In this document: positions 11,317 to 25,290 of the stretch, piece by piece
How positions within the stretch are numbered: the first letter of the stretch is position 1
Layout: every line of letters begins with the position of its first letter
DNA from: Mizuhopecten yessoensis
Lineage: Eukaryota
Reading direction: 5' to 3'
NCBI RefSeq assembly: GCF_002113885.1
Contig: NW_018406089.1
Span: 586,447 to 650,446 of the forward strand
Length of the DNA stretch: 64,000 nucleotides
Program-made: the position numbers and the translations under genes
The notes under the pieces: generated by a model
Seen by the model: only the letters and a program-made list of their open reading frames with translations
What the model was told of the DNA's origin: nothing
Databases searched by the model: none

Positions 11317-14300
11317 AATTTTGGTGATTTCCTGTATCAGTTATGAAGCAGAATTGCCACCGGTAACTGACATGTCACAAGAAGTGATTACAGTAATCTG
11401 TATGAATTACATTCCCCTGTCAAATACCCTCTACTTTCATCGGTATTTAGTTTATGAAGCAGTAATCCTTATTAGATTAGATGCTGAATTTTACGGAAAA
11501 CTGCAGAATATACAAAATGTGTGTTATTGAACGGGTACTTACAGCTATGTTATGTATACATTGAGCTTGAGATTACAAAAGGTTTGCCTCTAACACAGCT
11601 TTATCATGTGGAATTTGACTTCAATATCGATCTAATATAAGCATCAGAGTAAAGGGGCGAAAAAGTTTAACTTTATTTTCCAGCCTGACATAACCTTTGA
11701 GTATTGTTTGACTATGGAAAATGTGTAACCAAACAGTTTTGATAACAAATGTCACACCAGTTAAACATATTTATCAATTTGGTAATTAAATGCCAAATTT
11801 TGGTTCTTTTTGGCCTCAATAATACAGTGCAGTCCTCCCATCTAGTAATTAAGAATATTTATTTTTTATTCAATTTGGGGGAAACTGTTGTTGTTAGCTT
11901 AATTCCGACTGTAAGCTATAAGCAACTTAAGGTTATTTTTAAACTCAGGCAGACCTATATACTGGTACCTTTCTACCTGAAAAATATTAAAATGTCGAAT
12001 ACATCACCCTCAACATAATTACTGATTATGTTGACATTAAATTTGGATTTGATTGAACTTTTTAACTTTTTACATACTGATATGTTCTCAGTATTTTCCT
12101 CAGTGTTGCATATGTACTTTAAATATGAGTTTGGAAACTTTCTAAGAAATTTGTTCAGAATTATTATGTTTCTCTTTGTACCCTGGTTGTGTACTATCAA
12201 GCATAATAATAGTTGTAAAACTGTGTAGTAGCATGCATGTTTGTTCAGTTTTGTATAGATAATTAGCCACAATTTTTTGTTATGTAAACGAGTGTGAAAC
12301 ATAGATATCCTGCGCACAGACTTGGCCAAAACACAGTTGTCTACCTTTTTGTCACTGGTTTATGCATTCCATATTTATAATCATTTAGTAATGTGCTGCA
12401 CAATAAATATATTATTATATGGGTAAATTGTATTCTTATTGCAGACTTCAGCTTTTTATTGCTGGTACAAATATTTATCAATAGTGCGACGGAAAGAAAA
12501 AAAGAAAAATAGAATATTTGTTATACGTAAAGGTATTTTTTTGTAACACAGAGTACGATAACCTGTTAATGTTCATTATTTACCTAGACTATATATACAG
12601 AATGTTAAGTAATCTCATTCCCTCTTACTCGTATATAACCCGGTATTATCTTTACTTACAACATGTAGTTGTATGTCTTTTCAACATATCATTCAGTTTT
12701 AGGGGTAGTGTTACTTGCTGGCATGGCTTACCCCACGCCCTTTACAAAGGCATTTCCATAAAAATCCCTCATGTGTACTTATTTTTTAAATATTTGCAAT
12801 TTTATACTCATTTTTTGGTATTTGTTGGTAGATATAAGAGTCCTCATATATGTGCTTTGTGAAGTAATAAACAGAAAATATTAACTTGATTTGTAACCAA
12901 AGAAAGAGAAAAGTGTTAGACCTGTGTAAAGTAAAGCACTATTGTGTACAATAAACAAACTGATCAACTTTTCATTAAACTTATTTGAACATTTTCATCT
13001 TCAATGCTGTCCTTAAACTACCTTAGCTGTTGATAAGATGTTAAACAATACTAAACGAAACCACTCATTTTCAATGTAAGACTACACTTTTCTTTATATT
13101 TATGTAATTCATGCATGGATCCTATACAATATCAATTCAATAGTCAGCTCTGTATTGCTGGTATCAGGTTACTTGAAGGAGATCTCAAAGCAATATATCT
13201 GAGGGGATGATAAGGTGTGATACCGAGGGAGTATTTTTCTGGGAATGTTGAGCTCGTTTTGTACTAGTGTTTTAATTAAGAATAATGATGGGTGATTGTG
13301 GTGTGCTGACGTGTGGTGTATTGCTGTCCCTGCGTGCTGTACTACCCAGTCTTGTTAGTGTTGGTTCCTACATCATTGTACAGACTTGTTACGTCATCAT
13401 GTGAATGAGATTATATTAAAGCAGACTGTTGTTAAAGTTGAGTGTGCAGAGTTCTTTTTTAACTTTGACATTACAGGTATGGTTTGGTCCAAGGGAGACA
13501 ACCCATTAATCGCACGACCATCAGACGTTCATATGTTCATATATATATTGCAGCTCAACTCTAACTAGAAATATAAAAAAAAGTTTCCCATAGTGTCCGT
13601 ATTTCTATGAGCGGATACATTACTATTTTGATATACAAGCACAGTCGTTTTAGCTCACCTGGTCTCTCTTGCGACAAATTCGTAAAAGTAACAATAATAA
13701 TATGATAATTATTTATTTCGTCAATTAAGTGTGCCCACCTACCCACACATATACAAATATGTGTACGCATTCACACATTCTCATACAATCAATACAGATT
13801 GAACATACATACGAAAGTGATATATTCAACAACATTTTGCACATACCTGTATCTACTTTATTATACCCCCTCCTCCAGTACACATATACAGTGTGTTTTA
13901 AGTCTGTACGTTAACAGTCGAAATCTAAGTTGAACATTTTCCATAATCATCTTTGATAACACAGCAGTTCCTTCAAATATGATCGTTACAGAGTGAATAT
14001 ACTTGAAAGTCTAAATGGTAACAATAGCCATCCCTGTGAGACTGGTAGTTGTCCCACACATTGCACGACAGCTCATTTTACCACAGGAGAAAGATCAAGG
14101 ATGTTAAGGTAGGTAGTAACTCCTATCAGTTTAATTTAAATGGTCATATTGCTCATTTTGGATAAAAAGAAAAGCAAGGGTTGACTGCACATGCCTTGAA
14201 GTAAGTTGACCGCTGTGTACAGCTAACCAACGACATCAAAATACAGTACCGTGGTGTAGCAACTCGCTTTCTCACTCCGCTTCTAATCTAAATATAAAAC

Positions 14301-16789
14301 CCGAGACTGGCGTTTTTGTTGCCACTTGAGCAGGTCTAATGTGAGTTGACCATGGTCAAGAAGTCGGGAAATATATATGATATTATCTAGAGATTGTTAG
14401 CCACTTTAACCAGTCCCCCCAAAAGATCATCTTAATGTTCCCTCTAAATATTACTCCGTCCACTTAGACTGGCCCCGTCTCTAGAATATTGAATGATAAG
14501 CTAGTAGTAAAAACTACCGTCCACTCTTCTTTATATGTCGGCACTGTATACGCGTGTGCTACGTCTACTCCAGTATGCCAGGACGTGGATACCGTCTTCC
14601 ACTTCCCAGCTGGTTTGTGCGTGCCAAACTATTGTATTTGCTGATTACCGTCAAAATTCAATTAATCATTCACTGTAGCTCATATAAAAAAGGTAACTAC
14701 TGGTGCACGTATCATTTAATATTTTAGAACTAGTCATCAGTCCAACAAATCGCCACGCTCCTTTTTCTTATTAAGTCATCGAGTTTAGTGAAAATCATAC
14801 TTACAGCGATAAGAAAAAACAACAAACGATGAGTCAGAAATACTTTTAATATTTAAAGGATACGTGTATAACTGTATACAGAACTTGGAACATTTCACAA
14901 CCAATCGGCCGAAGTTCATTACAAATATGTTTTAAGAACAATCATCCGCTTTTGATTTATTTGTGAGCAAATATATTTTAAAAACATGATTTAAAACAGT
15001 CATTATCTCAATATTTCGAAATGCTTCTTAAAAATTACCTCTCTTATTTTAAAGTTAAAACAAAACGGATGTATTCGAACGGGACTTTAACCTTTTAGCG
15101 TATCTTTCGATTCTTGTTTTAAAAAAAATCATTATCTAAGTTCAAGTCAAGGTCAGGAATATTTTTTTAAAAAAAACGTCCATTTTTATGACACTGATAA
15201 TTTTCTAGCTTCATCGATAAATGAATTTTATGTTGTTTCATACAGCTTTGAACTAAAAAGATGAGAAACTGTATTTACATACATTATACTCTACAGATGT
15301 CGGCCTACGTTTAACACTATATATAATCAGGGGAATTAGGAGGCAATTTAATCTGTTCTACGTTTTGTTGTGACAGCTTGTAGCATATTTCACACAATCT
15401 GGTATTTTATGTGTATTCATTATATCACGTTTTATGAAGTATATCACACAAAATGTAAAATTTTACGAGTTTACAGTTTCGATGATAGAAACAATGTATG
15501 TATTGAATTAATGATCAAACGGAACACAACATTTGTGATAACAATCTGGGTATAAAAAAACATGTAAGCTGTATGTCCATCTATCTATGTACCGGTCTAT
15601 TCTTTAATCCATCCATCATACATCCATCTTTCCACTATTCGTCCACCCATCTACTAAATGTCTTGTTTTTAATTGCACTACATTGTCAGTCAAAAATGAT
15701 AAATTAAAACATATCTGAATATTTTTAGAGAGAACTTAAAAGAAAATTAGTAGTGGAAATCATTGTCACATTTCTAATTATAATGTCATGGACATTTTGA
15801 ATAATTCATGTCCCTGTTGTTTAAATTTGGTTTGTATATATATATATATATATATAGTATATATATTTTGGTAAGTTGATTTCAAAGTCTTTACCAAAAC
15901 ATTTTTTTTGTATATACAATATTCTTTAGACCGGTAAACATTAAGTAGCTTAAGGAAGAAGGATTGCTTCAAAATTCAAACATGTTATTTTTGTTAAATT
16001 TCTAGTAGTGCAAGAAGAATCCTAGCTTATACCACAAACCTTAGTCCGAATTATTCTGACGTTTTATCGACTTTTTTCATATCGGTCTGTCGTCGATTAA
16101 CTAGGTGCACTTGGTTTGGTAAGAAAAAAAGAAAGTAAAACAAAATCATATAACTATTCTGTATACAAATATCAATCACTGTATAATCTTCTTTGCAATA
16201 ACCTCAAAATATCAGTACAATGTCTGACTGGTGTGGCATGGCGGGTGTGCGGGACGCACGCACGATCGAGTCCGGCTCAGGGTTACGATGTTCAATAATA
16301 AGGTGTTTATGTAGTCGACGAAACAAATTTGTAGACGAGGACGGGACCAATTATGTGGACTTTAAGTGAAACCGGATAAATGGCAACGAAAAAGGAAGAA
16401 AAAAGCAAGAAAAAAAGAGCAAGACAACATTAGCAAAGGACACAAAGGTCAGTCACATACACGTGTACATGTAGAGAGCACAAGTGCGCAAGGCAGGGCA
16501 GGCGCTAACACGCGGTATAGTAATATGAACAATAGGAACAGCAATAGTCAGAGTTACTCGGGCTACCCCAACATTGTCTCCCCAACGCTGCCGGGTATAC
16601 AACAACAACCTATGATTGTGTACCCCCTCCTGGGACCCCAGACTGTCCCTGTCCACAACTTCTGAGTCAATTCCAGGCTGGGAACAGGCCCATATAGAGA
16701 AAGTAGAAGGCATGAACATAGAAAGCACATTACTTGAAGTAAAAAAAAAAAAATAGATGTTAGAAGCCTCGGCGATAGGGTTAGTGAAA

Positions 16790-18105
16790 TTCTGTTTGAC
16801 ACAGTTTTATGGATAAAATTGGATAAGGCATTATTAGGTCATGTAAAAGAGTTAAATGTTGCAGGTGTATAATTCCATCAAACCAGGTATAAGAGGGAAA
16901 CTACTTACAACTATCAAATCAATGTATAAACAATTAAAATCATGTTTTATGATTAATGGAAGATGTTCAGATTTTTTCGCCAACAACATAGGCCTCGCCC
17001 AAGGGGAAATTATGTCACAGATAATGTTTTCTTTATATGTTAACGACTTTGAAAACTATTTTATTTTGAATGGAGTGAAGGATTTTGAATTTGGAGAATT
17101 GAGTTTATTCCTGACGATGTATGCCGATGAAGCGACTTACAAAACATGTTGGATAGTTTATATACGTATGCTATAAATGTGGAAAAACGAAAATAATTGT
17201 TTTTCGGAAAAATGGAAGAATACATAAAGATGACGTATGGTTCTATTATGGTCAGAAATTGGAAGTAGTAGACCAATTCACATATTTGGGAGCTGTTTTT
17301 AGATATAATAATAAGTTTAATGCACTACAAAAGCAGTTATCCGAACAAGGCCGAAAGGCAGTGTTTGCTCTGTATTCTAAATGCAGGTCTATGCAGTTGA
17401 ATTGTACCATCTTTTTTAATTTATTTGACACATATGTCAACAGTATTGTATGCTATGCAGCGGAAGTCTGGGGTGCCAGTAAAGGGTTAGACATTGAAAA
17501 AGTACATCTCGAGTTCTGTCAAAGGATACTTCATGCTAAAAAGTCAACATGCAATGAAATGGTCTATTTTGAACTTGGAAGATTTCGTATGAAAATATCG
17601 TATGATAAAACATCGGTTAAAAATTCCAAACTCCAATAACTGTATTTTGAAAACTGCATATGAGGTTTTGATGAAACTACCCAAACGAAATTATGTTTTT
17701 AATTGGGTTGACTATGTTAAAAATACGCTGTACAACCTTGGTTTTGGAGCTGTATGGTTAAATCAGAATAGTCAGCATTGAAAAATAGAACTGTACTTAC
17801 AAAAATAAGATTATCAGCTCAAAGTCTATATATTGAGACAGGTCAATATGAAGATAAGGATAGAGCTGAAAGGCTATGTAAAATCTGTCAATCTCAACAC
17901 AATATTGAAGCTGAGAACAATTCTATTTTTGTATGTCCTATTTATCAAGAAATTAAAAGGAGATTTATAAAAATGTATCATTGGAAAAAAAAACGCCAGT
18001 ATTAAAACTAGCACAGCTTTTAAGTACAACAAATACTAAAGAATTAATTATGTTAAGCAAATATATATACAACGCTACCAATTTGAGGAAATCATTAATG
18101 TAAAG
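16790..18105 (+). mobile_element. Decayed, 5'-truncated non-LTR retrotransposon (RT plus C-terminal CCHC region; RTE-X-like)
   Basis: Frameshifted ORFs give GIRGKLLTTIKSMY...IGLAQGEIMSQIMFSLYVND...MYADE (RT motifs QG/YADD), EVVDQFTYLG, IEKVHLEFCQRIL..VYFELGR, and LTKIRLSAQSLYIETGQY..RLCKIC..E.ENNSIFVCPIY. Clade assignment is inferred. Confidence 0.85.
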
Positions 18106-18939
18106 TGTACTGATGTCCAGTCTCCACAGCACTATGTCCCACACGTAATGTTATTATTTTGCAATATTTGTATGTGTATGTTTTACAGAAAAAGTTCAAT
18201 GTAGTAAAAGAATTTGAAATTTGACTGATATATCTATACAAGCAATTTTTGTTATAAAGTGAAGGGGCAAGCTATGAGGAGGCAAAATATCGGCTGATTA
18301 CGTCATGACGAGGACCAGATATAGGGGTGCTCTGTGGTACAGGGCTGGGAGAACTCGCCAGCATGTTGAAGGATACCGAGAGCATGGGGTACAAGGACAT
18401 ACATGGGTTTCCTGTCAGTACAGGTGAAACTTATACCTAATAAAAAATTTAGTTCCAAATATAAACTCGCCTGTACAGGTACCACAACCACTAAAAGTTA
18501 AGACATATCTTTAATTTCTTTTTACTTACGGCTTAAGAGAAAGAAGGTATACAGTATTCAAAATGATTGTATCTCAATCCATATTTATGAATAAAGAAGC
18601 CACAAACTTTAATTAGAATTTTAGAATTTGTCGTGAAAACACTTTAGGTTGCCAAAGTCATGCCATCTTCGATAATCCAGGGGTTACGCTAACTTTCGTT
18701 CTTTGCACCCTTGGAATATGTCATAGCAAAATTGAAGGCACGGGGCTAGCTTTTTGAATGGTCTCAAGTAAAAAAACAAAACCTTACCATTCGCTAGGAT
18801 GATACTTGTCCGTAAAAGATTAAAGAGGAGCGACACCCGACTTCAAAGCAAGTCAATTTTACCGTTACGCGACCGACAGATTCTTATGATGTACTTCAAA
18901 GGATAAAACTGGTTTACTTGTCTCATACACAAGGTGGCG

Positions 18940-20910
18940 AATACTATGTTGACGCTATGGTTAATTGTATATACTATGTTGACGCTATGGTATATTCAAA
19001 TTATTGTATATACTATGTTGACGCTGTGGTATGTTGTATGCTATGTTGACGTTGTGGTATATTGTATTTACAATGTTGACGCTGTGGTATATTGTGCACT
19101 ATGCTGACGCTATGGTATATTGTATATACTATGTTGACGCTGTGTGGTATTTTGTATACTATGTTGACGCTGTAGTATATTGTATTTACTATGTTGACGC
19201 TGTGTGGTATATTGTATATACTATGTTGATGCCGTAGTATATTGTATACTATGTTGACGCTATGGTATATTGTATATACTATGTTGAGGCTGTAGTATAT
19301 TGTATATACTATGTTGACGCTGTAGTATATTGTATTTACTATGTTGGCGCTGTGGTATATTAATAGAATCTTTCAACCCCTTGGGGTGAGATAGGAGAAT
19401 CTCAACCCGAGGGGGAGGATTCTTAGGTTGCCAAACACGAGGCTTTGCCGAGTGTTTGGCAACTAAAGAATATTTCCCCGAGGGTTGAGATTCCACTATC
19501 TCACCCACAAGGGGGTGAATGATTCTTTTTCTCTTACCCTGTTCTTTCATTGTGTATCATATGCACAATGTAATGATAACGTTACATGCTAAATTCAGGG
19601 TTGACGTGACGTTGATGGATTGTTGACGTGACGTCATGCCATTGTTAGGAATAGGGGAATCCCCCCGTCTCAACCCTAGGGTGAGACAAGGAAATCTTAC
19701 ACCGGTAAAAATGCGGATACACCTGTCCAGGGTAAGAGAATGTATATACCTTAATGACGCTATCGTATATTGTATATACTATGTTGACACTGTGGTATAT
19801 TGTATACTATGTTGACGCTGTGATACATATTATAGTATATTGATACTGTTTTGACGCGGTGGTATATTGTATTTACTATATTGACGCTGTGGGATATTGT
19901 ATATACTATGTTGACGCTGTGGTATATTGTATATACTATGTTGATGGCATGGTATATTGATATTATATGTTGACATTTTGGTATATTGCATATACTATTT
20001 TGACGCTGTGGTATATTGTATACTATGTTGACGCTATGGTATATTGTATTTACTATGTTGACGATGTGGTATATTTTGTACTATTTTGACGCTGTGGTAT
20101 ATTGTACACTTTGTTGACGCTGTGGTATATTATATACTATGTTGACGCTATGGTATATTGTATTTACTATGTTGACGATGTGGTATATTTTGTACTATTT
20201 TGACGCTGTGATATATTGTACACTTTGTTGACGCTGTGGTATATTATATACTATGTTGACGCTATGATATATTGTATTTACTATGTTGACGCTGTGGTAT
20301 ATTGTGCACTATGTTGACGCTATGGTATATTGTATTTACTATGTTGACGCTGTGGTATACTGTGCACTATGTTGACGCTATAGTATATTGTATATACTAT
20401 GTTGATGCTGTAGTATATTGTATACTATGTTGACGCTATGGTATATTGTATACTATGTTGACGCTATGGTATATTGTATATGCTATGTTGACGCTATGGT
20501 ATATTGTATATACTATGTTGACGCTGTAGTATATTGTATATACTATGTTGAGGCTGTAGTATATTGTATATACTATGTTGATGCTGTAGTATATTGTATA
20601 TACTATGTTGACGCTATGGTATATTGTATATACTACGTGATGCTGTAGTATATTGTATACTATGTTGACGCTATGGTATATTGTATACTATGTTGACGCT
20701 ATGGTATATTGTATATGCTATGTTGACGCTATGGTATATTGTATATACTATGTTGACGCTATGGTATATTGTATATACTACGTGATGCTGTAGTATATTG
20801 TATACTATGTTGACGCTATGGTATATTGTATATACTATGTTGACGCTATGGTATATTGTATATACTATGTTGACGCTATGGTATATTGTATATACTATGT
20901 GAACGCTAAT
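18940..20910. repeat. Minisatellite, 28/30-bp unit CTATGTTGACGCT(G/A)TGGTATATTGTATA(TA), split by a 380-bp insertion
   Basis: Directly visible tandem array in pseudo-PNP intron 2. Confidence 0.97.
19361..19740. mobile_element. Non-autonomous fold-back DNA element (Crypton-like) inserted in the minisatellite
   Basis: ~160-bp hairpin at 19365-19526 centred on GGC-TTT-GCC; second inverted repeat TTCTCTTACCCTG (19529-19541) / CAGGGTAAGAGAA (19728-19740). Removing the insert restores the repeat sequence GTATAT|TGTATA with no TSD. Confidence 0.75.
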
Positions 20911-21329
20911 ATGTATTCCATATCCGCACTTGAGAACCTTAACGATTTTGTCTTTGGTTATCAGGTACTATCCACATTCATTTTTCTAGCACCAGGTCAT
21001 GCAGGGAAACTGGTATTTGGACAGCTTGGATCCAAGTTCGTGTTACTTATGCAGTGACGTCTACATTTCTATGAAGGATTCACCATGCAAAATGTTAGAA
21101 AAAAGCAGAGCTATTATCCATAATCTTACCCTCAGACTTCTACTTACTGCGGAAGTCCTCATTCCTTTTTATAAAAATATTAATATTGCCACAGATAATA
21201 TATCGGAGTAATTTTGGTTTGCATCTTTTATTTGATCAAAGATAAACAATCCTTTGGAAAAAAAGGAATATACCCATTCAGGGGAGCGACATCCTGGATA
21301 TCCAGCGTTTACGCTCACTTCCGCTCTCT

Positions 21330-21804
21330 GTAAGTGAAACCTGGACTCGCCCTTGAACAGAATACCCGCCCAGTCTCGGCAATTAAAGCGCAAATGTCTT
21401 CTACACCAAACCAAACGTGCTACACGATGGCATCTTAGCAGAACTGGACGGACAGCCGGACGTCGCGGTAGGATACGCTGTTCACGTGATCGATTCCCTA
21501 CAGATCTGAGGCTGATGGCACACAAACCAGGAATGGTCCGCACTGTCAGACTTGCCGTTTGGAAGCGAACCCGGAGGTGCACCAGTCGGATATGATTGTC
21601 CAGTTGTCGTGACGTCGCGCGTGGACGACCTGCACGTGGTCGGTCTCTGACGTTACCAAATTGTTGAAATCTCCACAAACTTGAATAGTGTTTATATGGA
21701 CACCAAATTGTGTAGCAACAGCGCGATCAAGCATACTAGCTGGGCATTGCTCTACGACCACTTTCAATAGAAAGCGACCCTTCTCCAGGAAGCGAAAACG
21801 GCAT
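21330..21804 (-). mobile_element. Tc1/mariner transposase relic (N-terminal HTH region to first catalytic motif)
   Basis: VATQFGVHINTI...RFQQFGNVRDRPRAGRPRATS...RRPAVRPVL...ARLVWCRRH...WAGILFKGESRFHL shows the GRPR motif and a degenerate F.DESRF motif (D>G). Frameshifted and truncated. Confidence 0.85.
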
Positions 21805-22821
21805 GTGTAAATACGGCTTTAACTCACCATTAGTGCGGTTAACTGTACAAACCATCAGGCTAACAAATTGATCGGAGTTCATTGTATCCATATATAGTTA
21901 AATAATTTATTTTTCTTAAAAACCATTTATTAACACAGATAAATTCACAAAAAAATATTAAATGACCTGGAAAGATGGATCAATTTGTTGTATTTTTATT
22001 GGTATAATTATGGCCTTTTCAATTGATTTGCTTTTTAATATGAAACCAAACTATGCATAATTTAAAAAGTATAAATGATTGGACATTCGATGAAACCTTA
22101 GACATAAAATATAAACATACAAACCTTTTTTGTTATCGACAGTTTGTATTTTGTGTCATTATGCTAACAAATAACGGACATGTAATTGTTTCCAAAGGAA
22201 TATTAATTTACTATTGACAGTTTTTGGCAGAATTTCGCTGAAAACGTATTCTGTCACTTGGGTGAATATACATGAATGTGCTTGTAATATTAAACAGAAA
22301 ATAATTAATTTTTCTAATTCTTGCACATTTCATTAAAAACATATTTCATTCTGTACTAAAAGAAAGTTTCAAAATGCGCAACATCTCCTGGGCTGTAATC
22401 TCATGACAATTTTCTTTTGTCAGCACTTACGAGAGTATACATTGTTTGTTCGCTATGACAAAGATAAAATAATGTTCCCCTCGCAACTTTTCAGCATTAT
22501 GGTTTAATTCGTTACCAGTTCGGCTTGACTTCAACTCATTCCCTAATATTGTCAATAGTTAAAGATAAAAAAAGAAAGAAATACACTCATATCTACACAC
22601 AAAACCCACTGGACAAGGAACAAAAGGAACTTAGGAGACAAAAAACAAACATTTCATGACTTAATACTTCCAAAAAGGTTTTTTTCAAACTCAGGTGCTG
22701 CGAAACATATTAGATGACCAGTCTAGAGCCCTCAATGTACAAATCTATTACTAATTTTTCGACTTTAGTTCAACGTAGATAAAAGCTACTCATTAAGAAA
22801 GAAAATTCACACGTCAGATGT

Positions 22822-25290
22822 AGATCAAGTATCAGTTAATCCATCCAGTGGATACTTTTACGTGTTAACTAATCCACCAAGCGTCACATGTAATTCAAGT
22901 ATCAGTGAATCCACCCAGTGGATACGTTTACGTGTTAGCTAATCCACCAAGCGTCACATGTAATTCAAGTATCAGTGAATCCTCCAAGTGGATACTTTTA
23001 CTTGTTAGCTAATCCACCAAGCGTCACATGTAATTAAAGTATCAGTGAATCCACCCAGTCGATACATTTACGTGTTAGCTAATCCATCAAGCGTCACATG
23101 TAATTAAAGTATCAGTGAATCCTCCCAGTGGATACGTTTACGAGTTAGCTAATCCCCCAAGCGTCACATATAATTCAAATATCAGTGAATCAACCCAGTG
23201 GATACGTTTACGAGATAATTTACACTGTAGATAAATAAAATCTACAATGTAGATAAATATAGTCCACAATGTAGATAAATATAATCCACACTGTCGATAA
23301 AGATAATTCACAATGTAGATAAATGTAATCCACAATGTAGATAAAGATAATTGACACTGTTGATAAATATAATACAAATATCAGTGATGCCACCAAGTGG
23401 ATACGTTTACGTGTAAGCTACGTGTTAGCTAATCCACTAAGCGTCACATGTAGTTCATGTATCAGTGTCCCCACCCAGTTGATACTTTTACGTGTTAGCT
23501 AATCCATCAAGCGTCACATGTAATTAAAGTATCAGTGAATACTCCAAGTGGATACTTTTACGTGTTAACTAATCCACCAAGCGGCACATGTAATTCAAGT
23601 ATCCGTGAATCCTCCAAGTGGATCCTTTTACTTGTTAGCTAATCCGGGGGGCGTCACATGTAATTAAAGAATCAGTGAATCCACCCAGTGTATACATTTA
23701 CGTGTTAGCTAATCCCCCAAGCGTCACATATAATTCAAATATCAGTGAATCAACCCAGTGGATACGTTTACGAGATAATTTACACTGTAGATAAATAAAA
23801 TCTACAATGTAGATAAATATAGTCCACAATGTAGATAAATATAAGTTAGCTAATCCACCAAGCGCCACATGTAGTTCAAGTATCCGTGAATCCACCCAGT
23901 GGATCCGTTTACGTGTTAGCTAATCCCCCAAGCGTCACATATAATTCAAATATCAGTGAATCAACCCAGTGGATACGTTTACGAGATAATTTACACTGTA
24001 GATAAATAAAATCTACAATGTAGATAAATATAGTCCACAATGTAGATAAATATAATCCACAATGTAGATAAATATAAGTTAGCTAATCCACCAAGCGCCA
24101 CATGTAGTTCAAGTATCATTTAATCCACCCAGTGGATACGTTACCGTGTTAGTTAAGCCACCAAGCGTCACATGTAGTTAAAGAATCAGTGAATCCACCC
24201 AGTGTATACATTTACGTGTTAGCTAATCCACCAAGCGTCACATGTAGTTCAAGTATCAGTTAATCCACCCAGTGGATACGTTAACGTGTTAGCTAATCCA
24301 CCAAGCGTCACATGTAATTCAAATATCAGTGAATCCATCCAGTGGATACGTTTACGTGTAAGCTAATCCACCAAGCGTCACATGTAGTTAAAGTATCAGT
24401 GAATCCACCCAGTGGATACATATACGTGTTAGCTAATCCACCAAGCGTCACATGTAGTTCAAGTATCCGTGAATCCACCCAGTGGATACGTTTACGTGTT
24501 AGCTAATCCACCCAGCGTCACATTTAGTTAAAGTATCAGTGAATCCACCCAGTGGATACGTTTACGAGATAATTTACACTGTAGATAAATAAAATCTACA
24601 ATGTAGATAAATATAGTCCACAATGTAGATAAATATAATCCACACTGTAGATAAAGAAAATTAACACTGTTGATAAAACTAATCCACAATGTAGATAAAG
24701 ATAATTGACTCTGTTGATAAATATAATCCACAATGTAGATAAAGATAATCCACAATGTAGATAAATATAATCTACACTGTAGATAATGAAAATTTACACT
24801 GTTGATAAAACTAATCCACAATGTAGATAAAGATAATTGACACTGTTGATAAATATAATCCACAATGTAGATAAAGATAATCCACAATGTAGATAAATAT
24901 AATCCACAATGTAGATAAATATAATCCACACTGTCGATAAAGATAATCCACAATGTAGATAAATATAATCCACACCGTCGATTAAGATAATTCACAATGT
25001 AGATAAATGTAATCCACAATGTAGATAAAGATAATTGACACTGTTGATAAATATAATCCACAATGTAGATAAAGATAATCCACAATGTAGATAAATATAA
25101 TCCACAATGTAGATAAACATAATCCACAATGTAGATAAATATAATCCACACTGTCGATAAAGATAATCCACAATGTAGATAAATATAATCCGCACTGTCG
25201 ATAAAGATAATTCACAATGTAGATAAAGATAATCCACAATGTCGATAAATATAATCCACACTGTCGACAAAGATAATTCACATTGTATAT
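22822..25290. repeat. Compound satellite of interleaved 70-bp units and 22-bp units (AATCCACAATGTAGATAAATAT)
   Basis: 70-bp period visible (CGTGTT at 22861 and 22931). 22-bp blocks at ~23213-23373, 23775-23843, 23985-24077 and 24568-25290. Confidence 0.95.

Noticed and set aside
14101-14114. Candidate first exon of the PNP pseudogene (ATG TTA AG|GTAGGT, phase 2)
   Set aside because: The phase fits, but 8 coding nt cannot be distinguished from chance without transcripts.
21055-21057. In-frame TGA in the second PNP as selenocysteine or read-through
   Set aside because: It replaces a conserved Gly (GGA>TGA), and the copy has several independent frameshifts and splice-site losses.
22822-25290. 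CRISPR-like alternation of repeats and intervening blocks
   Set aside because: The intervening blocks are themselves repeats rather than unique spacers; no cas genes; eukaryotic context.
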